The notes beneath the pieces are model-generated. The model saw only the letters and a program-made list of their open reading frames with translations. It did no database searches and was not told where the DNA came from. A stretch of DNA of 64,000 bases from the human T2T-CHM13v2.0 reference genome, Homo sapiens. Each line of letters begins with the position of its first letter. The stretch's first letter is position 1. Shown here piece after piece: positions 62,021-64,000 of this stretch. A program made the position numbers and the translations under genes. Where the stretch lies: the NCBI RefSeq assembly GCF_009914755.1, contig NC_060928.1. The stretch is one strand, 5' to 3'.

Positions 62021-64000
62021 TCTATCTACTCTGTCATGAATGAATGATAGAGTATATATTTATTTATACATATTGTCAGTTATATATTTAGATAATTATG
62101 TTGAACACAACTTTATTCAAGAGGCCTTACAGATTCTCCTGTTTTTTCCCACTAGTCAGTGTGTTTACAAAGAATAAATTTAAGAAAATTTAATAAGAGA
62201 TAGCCAGATATAAGAACTATAGTTTGGCAATCAAAATCCACTATAGCTGAAAGTTTTATGGATTTTATAAATTATTATACCATGTTACACATGGAAGGAT
62301 ATTTATCAATTATTATAAACCATGCTGTAAACTATATCTATGTTATATACTAATGGGCTGGATTGTTGTGGGTTTTTTTGTTGTTAGTAGCTTTTTTTAT
62401 TAAGCTCTTTATTTTGAAATAATTACAGATTCACAAGAAGTTGTGAAGGTTGTTACATTTCTGTGTTCCTAATGTCTCCTGTACAAAATCTGTAATATAT
62501 GAGACAAAAAGAAAACCCAGGGATTCCTCAATGTTTCAGGACTCAAGGTCTCCTCTGCTTTCTTTCCTCCATCTTCTATAGTTTTCTTATTTTTGTTTTG
62601 TATACAATAGTCAAGTTCCTTAGCTATACTTAAAATAATAAGGAAAATACTTTTCTTTATTCTCACAAGCAAAGTCATTAGGGGAAACTCCAGTAAATTA
62701 TGTAAGAAGTATGTGGGAGTTGTATTTAGACATCATTGAAGAAAAGAATGATATAGTTCAAAATATTATCTGAGTTATGTTGATGTTCTTTTTGCTACTT
62801 TTTAAGTAAAGCTTTCAAAATAATCTCTATGGCTATCTGTATTCTAAAAGCTTTCTCTGTTCCTATTCATTCAATCAGTTCTATAGAGAATTATTGAGAG
62901 CATAAATTTATTAAAGGAACCTTATGGATTTTCCTACTTTTGCTGCGATTTATTGTTTAGTATGTTTGTAGGAAATAAATGTAAGAAAATTTGATAAAAT
63001 CCAGAAAAAAATAGCTACAGTACCACATTCAAGTCCCATTGTAGCTCAAGTTTTTATAAATTTTTAAAAACGCCGCAGCACATTCATCATGGAAAGATGT
63101 TGCTCAGTTACTATAAACCATGATGTGAGCTATACACATAATACATAATGGTAATTTTATATTATTATAATGGCTCATAGTCACAAGTACCAAGGGGGGG
63201 TCTCAAAAAATTTCAAGAAGTTCTCCAAGGTCCTACAGTGACTCTCTCAGAGAAAACAATCAAAATCTCTTCTTTATAGAGCAACTCAGAGTATCCAATT
63301 CTAAGTATTTTAGACATTAAGCAAACTATAATAGTCTTTTGTTTCAAGAAATATCTTTATCTAGTGTCTTTTTCCCTGGAGAAAATTATTCACCTGTACC
63401 ATAGGAATTCATTGCCTATAAAAGCATTGTTTTAGTTTCAAATGGAAAAACCCCAGAAAATAAATATCTAGATAATAGCGTTTTTACACCTCTATTCAGA
63501 AGGGTTTGCTTTATTTTCTGTTTGTTTTATCATACATATGCTTGTAGTATTCTATGAGCCAGACTGCCTTAGGCCAGATCATAGTATTAAGAAATAGAAT
63601 ATAGAACTAAGTAACATTGTCAAGGCAAGAATGACAATGATTTTACTGGTAATAGGGGAGACCTTTGACTATAATTTAGTCCCATCCTTAGGCTAATAAA
63701 AAAATCCTGTTTTTGTAGTCTCTAACATAATGTATTTATTATTCTGTAAGGGCTTCTTTGACCACCAGACTTGGAATGTGCCTTCAGGAGAAATAAGACA
63801 GGCAGTGAAGCTGTTCCTGCAGGTGAATGTTGACCTCTCTTACTGTTTTTTTACTTGTTTAGTAGTAAATCTAAATGCAAGAACTTCAACCAAGCATGCA
63901 TTGTCATCCTAAAGGGTCTTATAACCTGGACAAAATCACCTTCACCTAGCAAAATGGGTCATCACGTGCTACTTTAAAGCTACTTTGCAACTTCTTCAAT

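Overview
This is AT-rich, repeat-dense primate DNA, probably hominid given an L1PA2-like element, an AluY and a THE1A. It looks like intergenic sequence or part of a very long intron. I recognise no protein-coding gene, and the long ORFs in the track are decayed LINE-1 ORF1/ORF2 pieces, Alu or LTR sequence. The window holds four primate L1s on the minus strand, several older L1M/HAL1/L2/MIR fragments, six Alus plus an Alu remnant, about twelve LTRs and a few DNA transposons. The most notable structures are: (1) a 140-bp ungapped inverted repeat (55171-55310 / 56630-56769, 75% identical by hand count) whose right arm carries a consensus recursive-splice-site motif, CAG|GTAAGT; (2) a 148-bp tract identical between two different-age L1s 46 kb apart, suggesting gene conversion; (3) an old ~260-bp duplication split by a nested L1-in-L1 insertion; (4) a RUNX/T-box/ETS/E-box motif cluster; (5) an LTR that appears G-to-A hypermutated. 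Subfamily names come from recalled consensus features and need RepeatMasker/Dfam confirmation.
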